Assembly (NCBI GenBank): GCA_964345445.1
Contig: CAYFQT010000001.1
Location: forward strand, 1 to 62,507
Source of the DNA: an uncultured Candidatus Saccharibacteria bacterium
Lineage (GTDB): Bacteria > Patescibacteriota > CPR2_A > CAYFQT01
Length of the DNA: 62,507 nucleotides
Reading direction: 5' to 3'
The position numbers and the translations under genes are program-made. Shown here piece after piece: positions 18,868 to 27,193 of this stretch; positions within the stretch are counted from its first letter, which is position 1; every line of letters starts with the position of its first letter. The notes under the pieces were generated by a model that ran no database searches, had not been told where the DNA came from, and saw only the letters and a program-made list of their open reading frames with translations.

Positions 18868-19492
18868 AATTACTAAAATTGAACTTCAGAAAAGAAGAAA
18901 AGGAAGATTTAATATTTATGTTGATGGGCAATTTGCCTGTGGTTTGTCTGAAGATACCATTATTGATGAAGGGATTTCTGAAGGACAAGAATTACAAGAT
19001 GCAGATATTGAAAAATTATTAGAGTTAGACCAAAGTGCTAAAGCATATGACAAAGCCTTAAGATTTCTAGGTTACAGGGTGCGCAGTGAAAAAGAAATTA
19101 GAGATAAATTACTTGATGCAGAATTTCATCCTAAAATTATTGAAAATACCATATACAGATTAAAAAAAGCAGGCCAAATTGATGATGAAAATTTTGCCCG
19201 CACTTGGATTGAAGATAGATGTGCTGTAAAACCGGAAGGCCATTATTTAATTACCAGAGAATTAAGACAAAAAGGGATATCTTTTGAAATAATTGATAAA
19301 ATTTTAAAAAAAATGCTCCCTGAAGATAAAGAAATTCAATTAGCTAAAAAAGTAATCCAAAAAAAGAATAAATTATATAAAAATTTACCCGAAAAACAAA
19401 GAATGAAAAAATTAACTGATTTTTTGATACGCCGAGGATTTTCCTGGGATATAGCTAAAAAGACAATTGACAGATTAAAAAAAGAAGAATAG
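18860..19492 (+). CDS. recX: Regulatory protein RecX
   Basis: ITKIE.QKR..GRFNIYVDG N-terminus, RSEKEIR..L, DD..FA and L.RRGFS motifs; ATG overlaps the end of rarA. Confidence 0.88.
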   Translation: MGKITKIELQKRRKGRFNIYVDGQFACGLSEDTIIDEGISEGQELQDADIEKLLELDQSAKAYDKALRFLGYRVRSEKEIRDKLLDAEFHPKIIENTIYRLKKAGQIDDENFARTWIEDRCAVKPEGHYLITRELRQKGISFEIIDKILKKMLPEDKEIQLAKKVIQKKNKLYKNLPEKQRMKKLTDFLIRRGFSWDIAKKTIDRLKKEE

Positions 19493-19549
19493 AATAAAAT
19501 ATCTATCAATTAAATAGAACATTAAAATCTAAATAAGGAGTGACTGGAA

Positions 19550-20842
19550 ATGAAAGTTTTGGTTATTGGTTCAGGAGGAAGAGAACATAGTTTGGTTTGG
19601 AAACTTAAACAAAGTCCTCAGGTAGAAAGAATTTTTTGTGCCCCAGGAAATGCCGGAATAGGAAATATAGCTAAATGTATTGATATTGAACCAGAAGATA
19701 TTCAAAATTTAGCTTTATTGGCTCAAGAAGCTCATATTAGTCTTACAGTGGTTGGACCAGAAGTTCCCTTGATTTCTGGTATAGTAGATGAATTTGAGTC
19801 TAGGAAACTTAAAATCTTTGGTCCTACAAAAAATGCGGCAATGATAGAAGGAAGTAAGGCTCTTACTAAAGAATTTATGTTAAGGCATAAAATTCCCACT
19901 GGGCAAGCACGAATATACAACAAATATTATTTTGATCAAGCCAAAGAATATATTACAAATGACTGTAATATGCCAATAGTAATAAAAGCTAGTGGTTTAG
20001 CTGCTGGAAAAGGTGTAACTATAGCTTGTGACAAAAAAACTGCTATCAAAGCTTTGGAGGATTGTTTTATAAATAATAAATTCGGCTCAGCAGGTGATGT
20101 GGTACTTATTGAGGAATATTTACAAGGGGAAGAAATATCTGTTTTTGTTTTAACTGATGGAGAAACTGTAATTCCTCTACCTTCTGCTCAAGACTATAAG
20201 CGGATTTTTGATGGGGATAAAGGAACAAATACTGGAGGAATGGGTTCTTATTCTCCTGCCCCTATACTTTATGAAAAATTATACAAACAGATTATGGAAA
20301 CTATTATTAAACCAACAATAGAAGGTCTAAAAGAAGAAGGAAGAGTATATAAGGGTGTGCTTTATGGAGGGCTTATCATAACTAAAGATGGACCAAAAGT
20401 ATTAGAATTTAACTGTCGTTTTGGCGATCCAGAAAATCAAGCTATAATGCCTCTTTTGGACTCAAAAGTCGATTTAGCGAAGATAATACTTGCTACAATA
20501 AAAGGCAATTTAATTAAATATAAAGATAAAATTTCTTGGTCATCAGAAAAATCTATCTGTGTTGTTGCTGCTTCTCCTGGCTATCCTGGAAAACCTAAAA
20601 CTGGTTTTGAAATTACTGGACTGGGAGAAGCTAAAAAAGTACCTGGGGTGCAAATTTTTCACGCTGGAACTGTTTTTAGAAACGGAAAAATAATTACAGC
20701 TTCAGGAAGAGTTATAAATGTAAGCGCCACGGGCTCTACATTTAAACAAGCTAGGGATCGGGCTTACGAAGCAATAGGAAAAATAAATTTTGAAGGCATG
20801 TACTACCGTACAGACATTGGTGAAAAAGCTACCCGAGCTTAA
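19550..20842 (+). CDS. purD: Phosphoribosylamine-glycine ligase
   Basis: GSGGREH, APGNAG, VVGPE.PL, GLAAGKGV, NTGGMG, EFNCRFGDPE, HAGT and YRTDIG motifs. Confidence 0.96.
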   Translation: MKVLVIGSGGREHSLVWKLKQSPQVERIFCAPGNAGIGNIAKCIDIEPEDIQNLALLAQEAHISLTVVGPEVPLISGIVDEFESRKLKIFGPTKNAAMIEGSKALTKEFMLRHKIPTGQARIYNKYYFDQAKEYITNDCNMPIVIKASGLAAGKGVTIACDKKTAIKALEDCFINNKFGSAGDVVLIEEYLQGEEISVFVLTDGETVIPLPSAQDYKRIFDGDKGTNTGGMGSYSPAPILYEKLYKQIMETIIKPTIEGLKEEGRVYKGVLYGGLIITKDGPKVLEFNCRFGDPENQAIMPLLDSKVDLAKIILATIKGNLIKYKDKISWSSEKSICVVAASPGYPGKPKTGFEITGLGEAKKVPGVQIFHAGTVFRNGKIITASGRVINVSATGSTFKQARDRAYEAIGKINFEGMYYRTDIGEKATRA

Positions 20843-20859
20843 AAAAAATCTATAAATAT

Positions 20860-20920
20860 AAAAGCCTGCTTGATTAAAACAGTCTTTACCAATAAGGTAG
20901 AAAAAAATCAAGCAGGTTTT
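20860..20920. terminator. Bidirectional terminator between convergent genes
   Basis: 15-bp stem AAAGCCTGCTTGATT/AATCAAGCAGGTTTT. Confidence 0.7.
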
Positions 20921-20932
20921 AATTTTGTAAAT

Positions 20933-21169
20933 TTATTTATTCAACTCCAAAGCTTTGTCAATCTTTTCTTTATCAAAACCTATAATAATTTCCCCGTCAA
21001 TTTCTATAACGGGCACAGAAGTTTGGCCGCTTTTTTCTAACATCTCTTGGGCTAAATTGGGATCAGATACATCTTTTTCTTCATATCTAATATTATTCTT
21101 CCCAAAATACTCTTTAGCCTGAACACAAAAAGGACATGTTGAGGTAGAATAAATAATTACTTTTTTCAC
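20933..21169 (-). CDS. Glutaredoxin-like protein (NrdH/YruB type)
   Basis: CPFC active site, VPVI and IIGFD motifs. Confidence 0.9.
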   Translation of the reverse strand: MKKVIIYSTSTCPFCVQAKEYFGKNNIRYEEKDVSDPNLAQEMLEKSGQTSVPVIEIDGEIIIGFDKEKIDKALELNK

Positions 21170-21256
21170 AAAAATTTCCTCTATTATTTCGACTGGCTAT
21201 TACCAATCAGGACAAACCATCTCTCTGCTGGCCATTGGAGAAATAGACCTTTTTAA

Positions 21257-21784
21257 TTAAGTTGCTCTTACTGCCCTCATTTCTTTGACTTTTTCTTTTA
21301 TTGCTTCATCAAAAACTACAATTTCATCTTTAGTAACCGAATGAATTTTATCCCAAGGTATAACAAGTTCACCTTTAAATATGTCTTGTAAAATTCCTGT
21401 TTTGACATACAGCTTTACTAATATATAATTTGCTGAGTCAAAAACAAAATCTTCTACTTTCCCTAAATAAGTTCCTGATTCGGTTATTACTTTATTGCCT
21501 ATTATTTTAATTTTATCTTGAAGAATTTGTTTTGCTCGTACTACTTCCTCTGGTGGAGTTATTGAATCAGCTTTTTCTATTACTACTGTGTTTTCTTCTA
21601 AATTATAAATATCTTCTGTTGCTAAAATCTTTACTTTTCCAAAAATACTCTTTTTCTTTATTAAAAAAGCTAAAATTCTACCTACCTGCGGTTCAATAAT
21701 AAAATCATAAACTTGCCCTACTCTTGTTTTTTTATCTAATGCAAAAATTGGCAAATTTATAATAGAACCAGCTTGTTTTAACAT
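21257..21784 (-). CDS. PRC-barrel domain protein (two barrels)
   Basis: Two 'V.T..G..LG.V.D' type segments. Confidence 0.8.
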   Translation of the reverse strand: MLKQAGSIINLPIFALDKKTRVGQVYDFIIEPQVGRILAFLIKKKSIFGKVKILATEDIYNLEENTVVIEKADSITPPEEVVRAKQILQDKIKIIGNKVITESGTYLGKVEDFVFDSANYILVKLYVKTGILQDIFKGELVIPWDKIHSVTKDEIVVFDEAIKEKVKEMRAVRAT

Positions 21785-21821
21785 AATTTTATCTCTTAAA
21801 AAATTATAAAAATATATTTAA

Positions 21822-22382
21822 TTACTTTACCCTCTCTACATATCTGCCAGTTCTAGTATCTACTTTAATTATATTTCCAACTTTTACAAATAAAGGAACT
21901 TGTAACTTAAAACCAGTCTCTATCTCCGCTGGTTTAGTTCCTCCTTCTACCCGATCTCCTTTTATGCCTGGCTCAGTTTTTATAACTTTTAAATTTATTT
22001 TTGGTGGAATTTCAATATTACAAGGTTTACTTTTATAATTTTGGATATATAAATTCATTCCTTCTTTCAAAAACCAAGTTGCTTTTCCTAATTGACAGGA
22101 TTTTAATACAAATTGTTCAAAATTACTGGCATTCATAAAATAATAATTTTCTTTTTTCTTATAAAGATATTGGACTTTAGCCTTAGAAAGTATAGCAGGT
22201 TTAATTATTTCTTTGCCGCGAAAAGTTTTATCAATTACATTGCCCGAAATCAAGTTCTTTAATTTAGTTCTTAAGATTGCTCCTCCCCGACCTAATTTGC
22301 TATGTCGATATTCTAAAACAATGTAAGGGGTTCCATTTAATTCAATAGTTGTGCCAGTTTTAAGATCACCAATAGAATACAT
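21822..22382 (-). CDS. efp: Elongation factor P
   Basis: KLGRGGA, PGIKGD, K.A..ETG..LQVPLF and VDTRTG.Y..R motifs; GGAGGTG RBS. Confidence 0.95.
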   Translation of the reverse strand: MYSIGDLKTGTTIELNGTPYIVLEYRHSKLGRGGAILRTKLKNLISGNVIDKTFRGKEIIKPAILSKAKVQYLYKKKENYYFMNASNFEQFVLKSCQLGKATWFLKEGMNLYIQNYKSKPCNIEIPPKINLKVIKTEPGIKGDRVEGGTKPAEIETGFKLQVPLFVKVGNIIKVDTRTGRYVERVK

Positions 22383-22501
22383 TTTCACCTCCGGTGTAAG
22401 AAAATAAGCACCTCCGGTGAATTACAAATAACTCACAGATTGCAGGCAAATAACTCATTATTTTTGTAAGCAATATAGTCAGTGATATTGAGTCATCAGT
22501 G

Positions 22502-22720
22502 CTATTTAGAGACAAAAGGAAGTAATGCTAAATAACGAGCTCTTTTTATAGCCTTAGCTAATACTCGTTGGTGTTTAACACAAATGCCAGTTCGACTACG
22601 AGACTGAATTTTTCCATATGGAGATAAAAACTTTTGCAAAAGTCTTACATCTTTATAATCAATATGCTTAATATTCCCCGTACAAAAAAAGCAATTTTTA
22701 GGTGTATAAAATCTATACAT
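22502..22720 (-). CDS. rpsR: 30S ribosomal protein S18
   Basis: IDYKD..LL..F....GKI..R..TG and QR.LA.AIKRAR.LALLPF motifs; Zn-type Cys. Confidence 0.96.
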   Translation of the reverse strand: MYRFYTPKNCFFCTGNIKHIDYKDVRLLQKFLSPYGKIQSRSRTGICVKHQRVLAKAIKRARYLALLPFVSK

Positions 22721-22752
22721 AAAACCTCCTAAATTCTTTGTTAAGTTATATC

Positions 22753-22895
22753 AAAATTTAAAATTCGAAATACAAAATCCTAAATCCCAACGGGATCCCT
22801 TCGGGACAATATCAAATGACAAAAATTCTAAATCCAAAACTGTTTGGTATATTTAAACATTTGGATTTGTTTAGGATTTAGAAATTAGAAATTTT
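22753..22895. repeat. Heptad-periodic palindrome (copy D) with a 22-bp double-hairpin insert
   Basis: Arms match copies A and C; TCCC-AAC-GGGA TCCC-TTC-GGGA at 22785-22806. Confidence 0.8.
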
Positions 22896-23433
22896 AAAAT
22901 GGTATATCTTCTGGATTAATTTCTTCCGAAGACTGTTTTTCAGTTTTTTTCTCAACATCCCCAGCATTTGTCTTTTTAACATCTTTTTTTTGTTCTTCTC
23001 CTTTGCTTGTCTCTTGAGAAGACTCTTCTAATTTAACTTCTTCAACTTCAACATCTGATTCTGATGGCTTAGATGGAACTTCTCCTGATATTTCTCCTTT
23101 TCGATCTAACATCCGCATATCTGAAGTAATAATTTCTGTTCTTGTCCTTTTGACTCCATCTTGACCTTCCCAAGAACGAGTTTGTAATCTTCCTTCTACA
23201 TAAACTTTTTTTCCTTTTTTTAAGAACTGATTGCAAATCTCAGCCAACTTTCCCCAAGCTACTATATTATGAAATTCCACTTCTTCCTTCAATTCTCCAG
23301 TTGCGGAATCGTTCCAACGACGATTTGTAGCCACTCCAAAAGAAACTACTGCTTGGCCATTGGGTGTATAACGTAGCTCTGGATCTCGGGTTAAATTCCC
23401 AATAATCATTGCTTTGTTTAAATCTCCAGGCAT
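22894..23433 (-). CDS. ssb: Single-stranded DNA-binding protein
   Basis: LNKAMIIGNLTRDPELR, VEGRLQTRSW and C-terminal DIPF motifs. Confidence 0.97.
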   Translation of the reverse strand: MPGDLNKAMIIGNLTRDPELRYTPNGQAVVSFGVATNRRWNDSATGELKEEVEFHNIVAWGKLAEICNQFLKKGKKVYVEGRLQTRSWEGQDGVKRTRTEIITSDMRMLDRKGEISGEVPSKPSESDVEVEEVKLEESSQETSKGEEQKKDVKKTNAGDVEKKTEKQSSEEINPEDIPF

Positions 23434-23505
23434 TTGTTCCTCCTTATTCCCTCCGACGATTCGTCGGGGTAACGGGCCGTCCCGGTTGCCGCAGGCAACC
23501 GGGAA
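23434..23505 (-). promoter_or_regulatory. Two-hairpin motif upstream of ssb (shared with the ABC ATPase gene)
   Basis: Minus strand TTCCC-hairpin-GGGACGGCCCGTTAC-CCGA..TCGGAGGGAATAAGGAG-5nt-ATG. Confidence 0.6.
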
Positions 23506-23554
23506 TGAGTCTATTTTCTCTTAATTAGATATTTATATTATTTTAAAAATAATT

Positions 23555-24073
23555 TTATTTATTAGATTCCTCATCTTTGTGTAAAATTTCTTCCAATTTC
23601 TTGTCTAATTCCTTCATTCTCTTCTTTTCTTCTAATTTTTCTTCTTTTTTTGGCTTTTCTTTAACCTTTTTTATTACTGTTTCCTCTGGTTTTTCTTCTT
23701 TGATCTTTGGTTTCTTTTTAACTTCTTTTTTTATTTTAATTTTTTTCTTTGGTTTTTTAACAATTTCTTTTTTCTTTTTAAAAGCAGATACTTCAGCTAG
23801 TGTAATCAGATAACGAATTACCTCTTCAACTAACTTTATATCTGATTCTAATTTATATACATCCTCAGGTTGTAAATTAAAATTAATTACTACATAAAAT
23901 CCATATCTTTGTTTTTTAATAAGATATGCTAGTTGTCTTCTGCCTAAAATATTTTCTTTTTTTACTGCACCTTTGTTTTTTTGAATCAATTTATTTACTT
24001 TCTCTCTTACTGGTTGAGTTTCTTTATCTGGAATATTACCTGAAATAATGTACATTAATTCATAATTCTGCAT
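23555..24073 (-). CDS. rpsF: 30S ribosomal protein S6 with a Lys/Glu-rich tail
   Basis: YELMYII, G.R.LAY.IKK...G.Y and VIRYLI motifs; rpsF-ssb-rpsR synteny; AAAGGAGG RBS. Confidence 0.95.
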   Translation of the reverse strand: MQNYELMYIISGNIPDKETQPVREKVNKLIQKNKGAVKKENILGRRQLAYLIKKQRYGFYVVINFNLQPEDVYKLESDIKLVEEVIRYLITLAEVSAFKKKKEIVKKPKKKIKIKKEVKKKPKIKEEKPEETVIKKVKEKPKKEEKLEEKKRMKELDKKLEEILHKDEESNK

Positions 24074-24320
24074 AGGTAACCTCCTTTGCAAACGCAAAAA
24101 CTTACAATAATTTAGCGATTTTGCATATTAAAAATCTCCTTTTTCTGGACTTCAGACTTTCGTTGTAGCGAAAGCAAAAAGGATTACTATCTAACAATCT
24201 TAGTATATAGTAAAAAATCTATCTTGTCAAAAAACTATCCTGGTCTAATACATTATATATATTCTTATATCTATTTAAGATGTATCTGCCCCCACACCCA
24301 CTAATCATTATCTCCAGCCC

Positions 24321-25148
24321 CTAGACACTAATTTGCTGCCTATCATAGGCAACATTAAAATTTTCTCCCCCTTTCTTTTTAACATATCCAACTAATTGCT
24401 TATGAGGTTTCCTAATGTGTCCAATATGAGTAAAATAAATTTTTTTAGCTTTAAGTTCACAAGCTAATTTAATTCCATAATCTATAGGATTATGCCAAGG
24501 AATATTTCTGGTTAATATCGCTCCTCCTAGAATTAAAACATCACAACCTAAAATCTGTTTTCTAGATTTTGTAGGAACATTTTTATAATCAGGCATGTAT
24601 ATCAGACTTGAGAATCGAGACTCCCCGCCAGAGGTGGATCTATCTTTGGTGGAGAGACTTGAGATTATCTTAAACGCTAAGGTTGGAAATTCTTTTGAAT
24701 GAGTAACTTTCAAAGGTAAAAAAGTAAATTCTCCAATTTTAAATTTTTTATAAGGATAAATTATTTTCCTTTGATATTCTAATTTTTGAGAAAAATTTTT
24801 ATCTATTTTCTGATGGGTTTTTAGGTTTGCATAAACAGGGATAAATCCTTCAGAATGTAATTTTTTAAAGTCAGCTCTTTTTAATCCTGAGATATGATCA
24901 GAATGCCCATGAGTAATCAAAACAGCATCAATTTTTTTAATCTTTTCTCTTCTTATTTGCTTTACAATATCTGGCCCACAATCAATTAATATACTTATCG
25001 CTTGTTGTTTGTTGCCTGTCGCTAATAAGATTGCTGATCTAAGTCTCCTGTCTTTAGGATCCTTTGATTTACAAATAGAACAATGACATTTTTTGCCCAA
25101 TCTAGGTAATGGCCAAGTTGCTGAAGTTCCTAAAACTTTAATTTTCAT
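24321..25148 (-). CDS. MBL-fold metallo-hydrolase (PhnP-like) with in-frame repeat insertions
   Basis: GTS...P, CHCSIC, DCGPD, THGHSDH and FTHIGH motifs. Confidence 0.88.
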   Translation of the reverse strand: MKIKVLGTSATWPLPRLGKKCHCSICKSKDPKDRRLRSAILLATGNKQQAISILIDCGPDIVKQIRREKIKKIDAVLITHGHSDHISGLKRADFKKLHSEGFIPVYANLKTHQKIDKNFSQKLEYQRKIIYPYKKFKIGEFTFLPLKVTHSKEFPTLAFKIISSLSTKDRSTSGGESRFSSLIYMPDYKNVPTKSRKQILGCDVLILGGAILTRNIPWHNPIDYGIKLACELKAKKIYFTHIGHIRKPHKQLVGYVKKKGGENFNVAYDRQQISV

Positions 25149-25212
25149 AAACCCACACTAAAATTATTGGAAAATTATAAATTATAATAATAATCCAATA
25201 GCATAATACAAT

Positions 25213-25251
25213 ACAGATCACAAAAATATGCGATAGCTTAGTTTTGTGATT
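25213..25251. repeat. 39-bp palindromic direct repeat, copy 1
   Basis: ACAGATCACAAAAATATGCGATAGCTTAGTTTTGTGATT; identical to 25932-25970. Confidence 0.92.
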
Positions 25252-25272
25252 ATCAAAATCACTAACTATTTA

Positions 25273-25845
25273 TCAATTTTTGCTATCTAATAATTTGAAA
25301 TGGTATTTTAATCTTGCTTCCCCATCAATTGACTTAGCAATTATAAGATTTACATAAGGCCTAATTTCAAATATTTCTTTTATAAAATCAATTTCATCAC
25401 GACATGGGTAAGGATGAACAAATACACTTTTTTGAACTTTTACAAATTCAAGTTCTTTAAGCTTATGGCGTAAAGCATCACGGGCAATTTTTTTCTTCTC
25501 GGGAATATCAAAAATAACAATCCGCCATAGGCCATCCCATTTTTTAGGTTTTTTAATTTTCATCTCATCTAGTTTATACTTTAAAACTCTTTTTTTACCC
25601 TTTTTAGTTAATTCAATAACAGTCTTGTCGCCTTTCTGTCCAATTGTAATCATTTTTTGATCTTGAAGTCTTTTTAAAGCATAGTTAAATCTTCTTTCGT
25701 CATATTTTCTCTTTTCCCAAACCCCATCTATAACATAAGCTAACCCAGGGAAGAGAGCAAGAGTAATTACTAACCCACTTGCACCTAAAATTAAAAGGAT
25801 GTCTTTAGTTATCTCTTTTATCTGTTCTTTATTCTCCTGTTTCAT
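25273..25845 (-). CDS. PaaX-like protein (wHTH plus Cas2/ferredoxin-like central domain, no PaaX C-terminal domain)
   Basis: LT.KG, WDG.WRIVIFDIPE, R..LR..L..L.F...QKSV and P motifs. Confidence 0.82.
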   Translation of the reverse strand: MKQENKEQIKEITKDILLILGASGLVITLALFPGLAYVIDGVWEKRKYDERRFNYALKRLQDQKMITIGQKGDKTVIELTKKGKKRVLKYKLDEMKIKKPKKWDGLWRIVIFDIPEKKKIARDALRHKLKELEFVKVQKSVFVHPYPCRDEIDFIKEIFEIRPYVNLIIAKSIDGEARLKYHFKLLDSKN

Positions 25846-25931
25846 AATTATTTTTTTATCTTCTTTACATAATTTGATTACAAAAGATAACATCATTAAC
25901 AATTTAAACAACTTACATTTTGCATTATAAC

Positions 25932-25970
25932 ACAGATCACAAAAATATGCGATAGCTTAGTTTTGTGATT
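25932..25970. repeat. 39-bp palindromic direct repeat, copy 2
   Basis: Identical to 25213-25251; abuts TGTTATAAT on the minus strand. Confidence 0.92.
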
Positions 25971-26108
25971 TTTAACTTATTAAAAAATCAATGAAATATA
26001 TAAAACAAAAATAAAAAAGTAAATTTAGACAAAAAGAAAAAACCCTCAAGTGGTTTGTAGAAAAAATCTACCACCGAGGGCTAAAAAATTTATTCAGTTT
26101 AATTGATA

Positions 26109-26438
26109 CTATTCTTTTTTCTCTATAACTGCTATATTTTTTTGCCGTGTTATCTTAGAGTCTGGGTCATTTTTAGTGCCTTTTATAATCTCTTTAAGTA
26201 TTCTTTTGCTCTGCTTCCGAAATTTATAAACTTCGCATCCTATCCAAATTGGAGCTAGAAATCCTGAGGCAATTGTTAAAATAGGAAACCAAAAACCATA
26301 AAAATTGGGACTCTCTTCCTGTTTTCTTAACATATAGTCACCAAAAGATGGATAGTCAACAGCTGAACTACCCCAAAAGATAACAAAACCCACAGGAATC
26401 CAAAGTGCTATTAAAATCCACCAATACCAGGCCATCAT
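26109..26438 (-). CDS. Small membrane protein (MAWYW paralog 1)
   Basis: GGAGGTG RBS; two hydrophobic segments. Confidence 0.65.
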   Translation of the reverse strand: MMAWYWWILIALWIPVGFVIFWGSSAVDYPSFGDYMLRKQEESPNFYGFWFPILTIASGFLAPIWIGCEVYKFRKQSKRILKEIIKGTKNDPDSKITRQKNIAVIEKKE

Positions 26439-26453
26439 CTACACCTCCATTTT

Positions 26454-26771
26454 TCAGTTTTTATGAAAAATCAAGTATTGATAAAGCTCCGCATTTTTCA
26501 AAACAACTGATTCTTCTTTTAATAGAATATCTTTCCTTAAATCATCAAGCATAATCAAGGTAATTAAACCCAACAGAGTCATCCAAAACAATGTGTGCCA
26601 ATTATCTAAAGAATATTTCTTGAAATAACTAACAAAGTAGTTAAAGAAACTCTCCCCAGAGAGCCAGAAATCAAATACTACATAGCTAAAAAAACCAATC
26701 GCCAACCAAATAGTACCTAAAAAAACTACCAAACTAACTATTACTAAACATAAAATCCAATACCAAGCCAT
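26454..26771 (-). CDS. Small membrane protein (MAWYW paralog 2)
   Basis: GGAGGTG RBS; leader and N-terminus nearly identical to paralog 1. Confidence 0.65.
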   Translation of the reverse strand: MAWYWILCLVIVSLVVFLGTIWLAIGFFSYVVFDFWLSGESFFNYFVSYFKKYSLDNWHTLFWMTLLGLITLIMLDDLRKDILLKEESVVLKNAELYQYLIFHKN

Positions 26772-26898
26772 CTTCTACACCTCCAATTTCTCAATTTAAA
26801 ATTACAAAAAAAGGACATGATTTATATAATTTGATAGGGGCTAATACTTTATAACCTTCTTGGGAAAGTATATTGGCAAAGTTGTAAATCAAATCATC

Positions 26899-27090
26899 TT
26901 ATATTTCTCTTTGTAAATTTTCATTCATCTCATGCAAAAGTGAAGCAGGTATTGCCACTAATTCAAAACCTGTAATTAAAAATAATTTTCCGCCTTTTCT
27001 ATTTTCACCCTTTTCATATAAAATCTTTGCTAAAATTGATAACTGTTTATCATTAATAAACAAATCTATTTTACAAATCTCCGAGGGCAT
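26899..27090 (-). CDS. Hypothetical protein
   Basis: GGAGGTGG RBS before the ATG; upstream TTGACA-17-TATTGT. Confidence 0.5.
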   Translation of the reverse strand: MPSEICKIDLFINDKQLSILAKILYEKGENRKGGKLFLITGFELVAIPASLLHEMNENLQREI

Positions 27091-27193
27091 CTTTTCCACC
27101 TCCAACTCTAATCTGAAATATTTTTATTATTCCTAAAATAGAAGTTTTTGTTAAGTTGCGGAGATTACACAATATCAAAATTTTATTTAAATG

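Noticed and set aside
22384-22460. Short direct repeats upstream of efp (CACCTCCGGTG twice, CAAATAACTCA twice)
   Set aside because: They are 11-mers consistent with a local duplication of the RBS region; no further support.
23555-23800. Lys/Glu-rich tails on S6, S20, SSB and the DHH protein
   Set aside because: Low-complexity extensions are common in such genomes, and I saw no nucleotide periodicity in them.
25213-25970. CRISPR array or cas2 call
   Set aside because: There are only two repeats, separated by a 680-bp gene-containing segment, and no cas1 or effector genes. The protein fits the PaaX-like architecture better.
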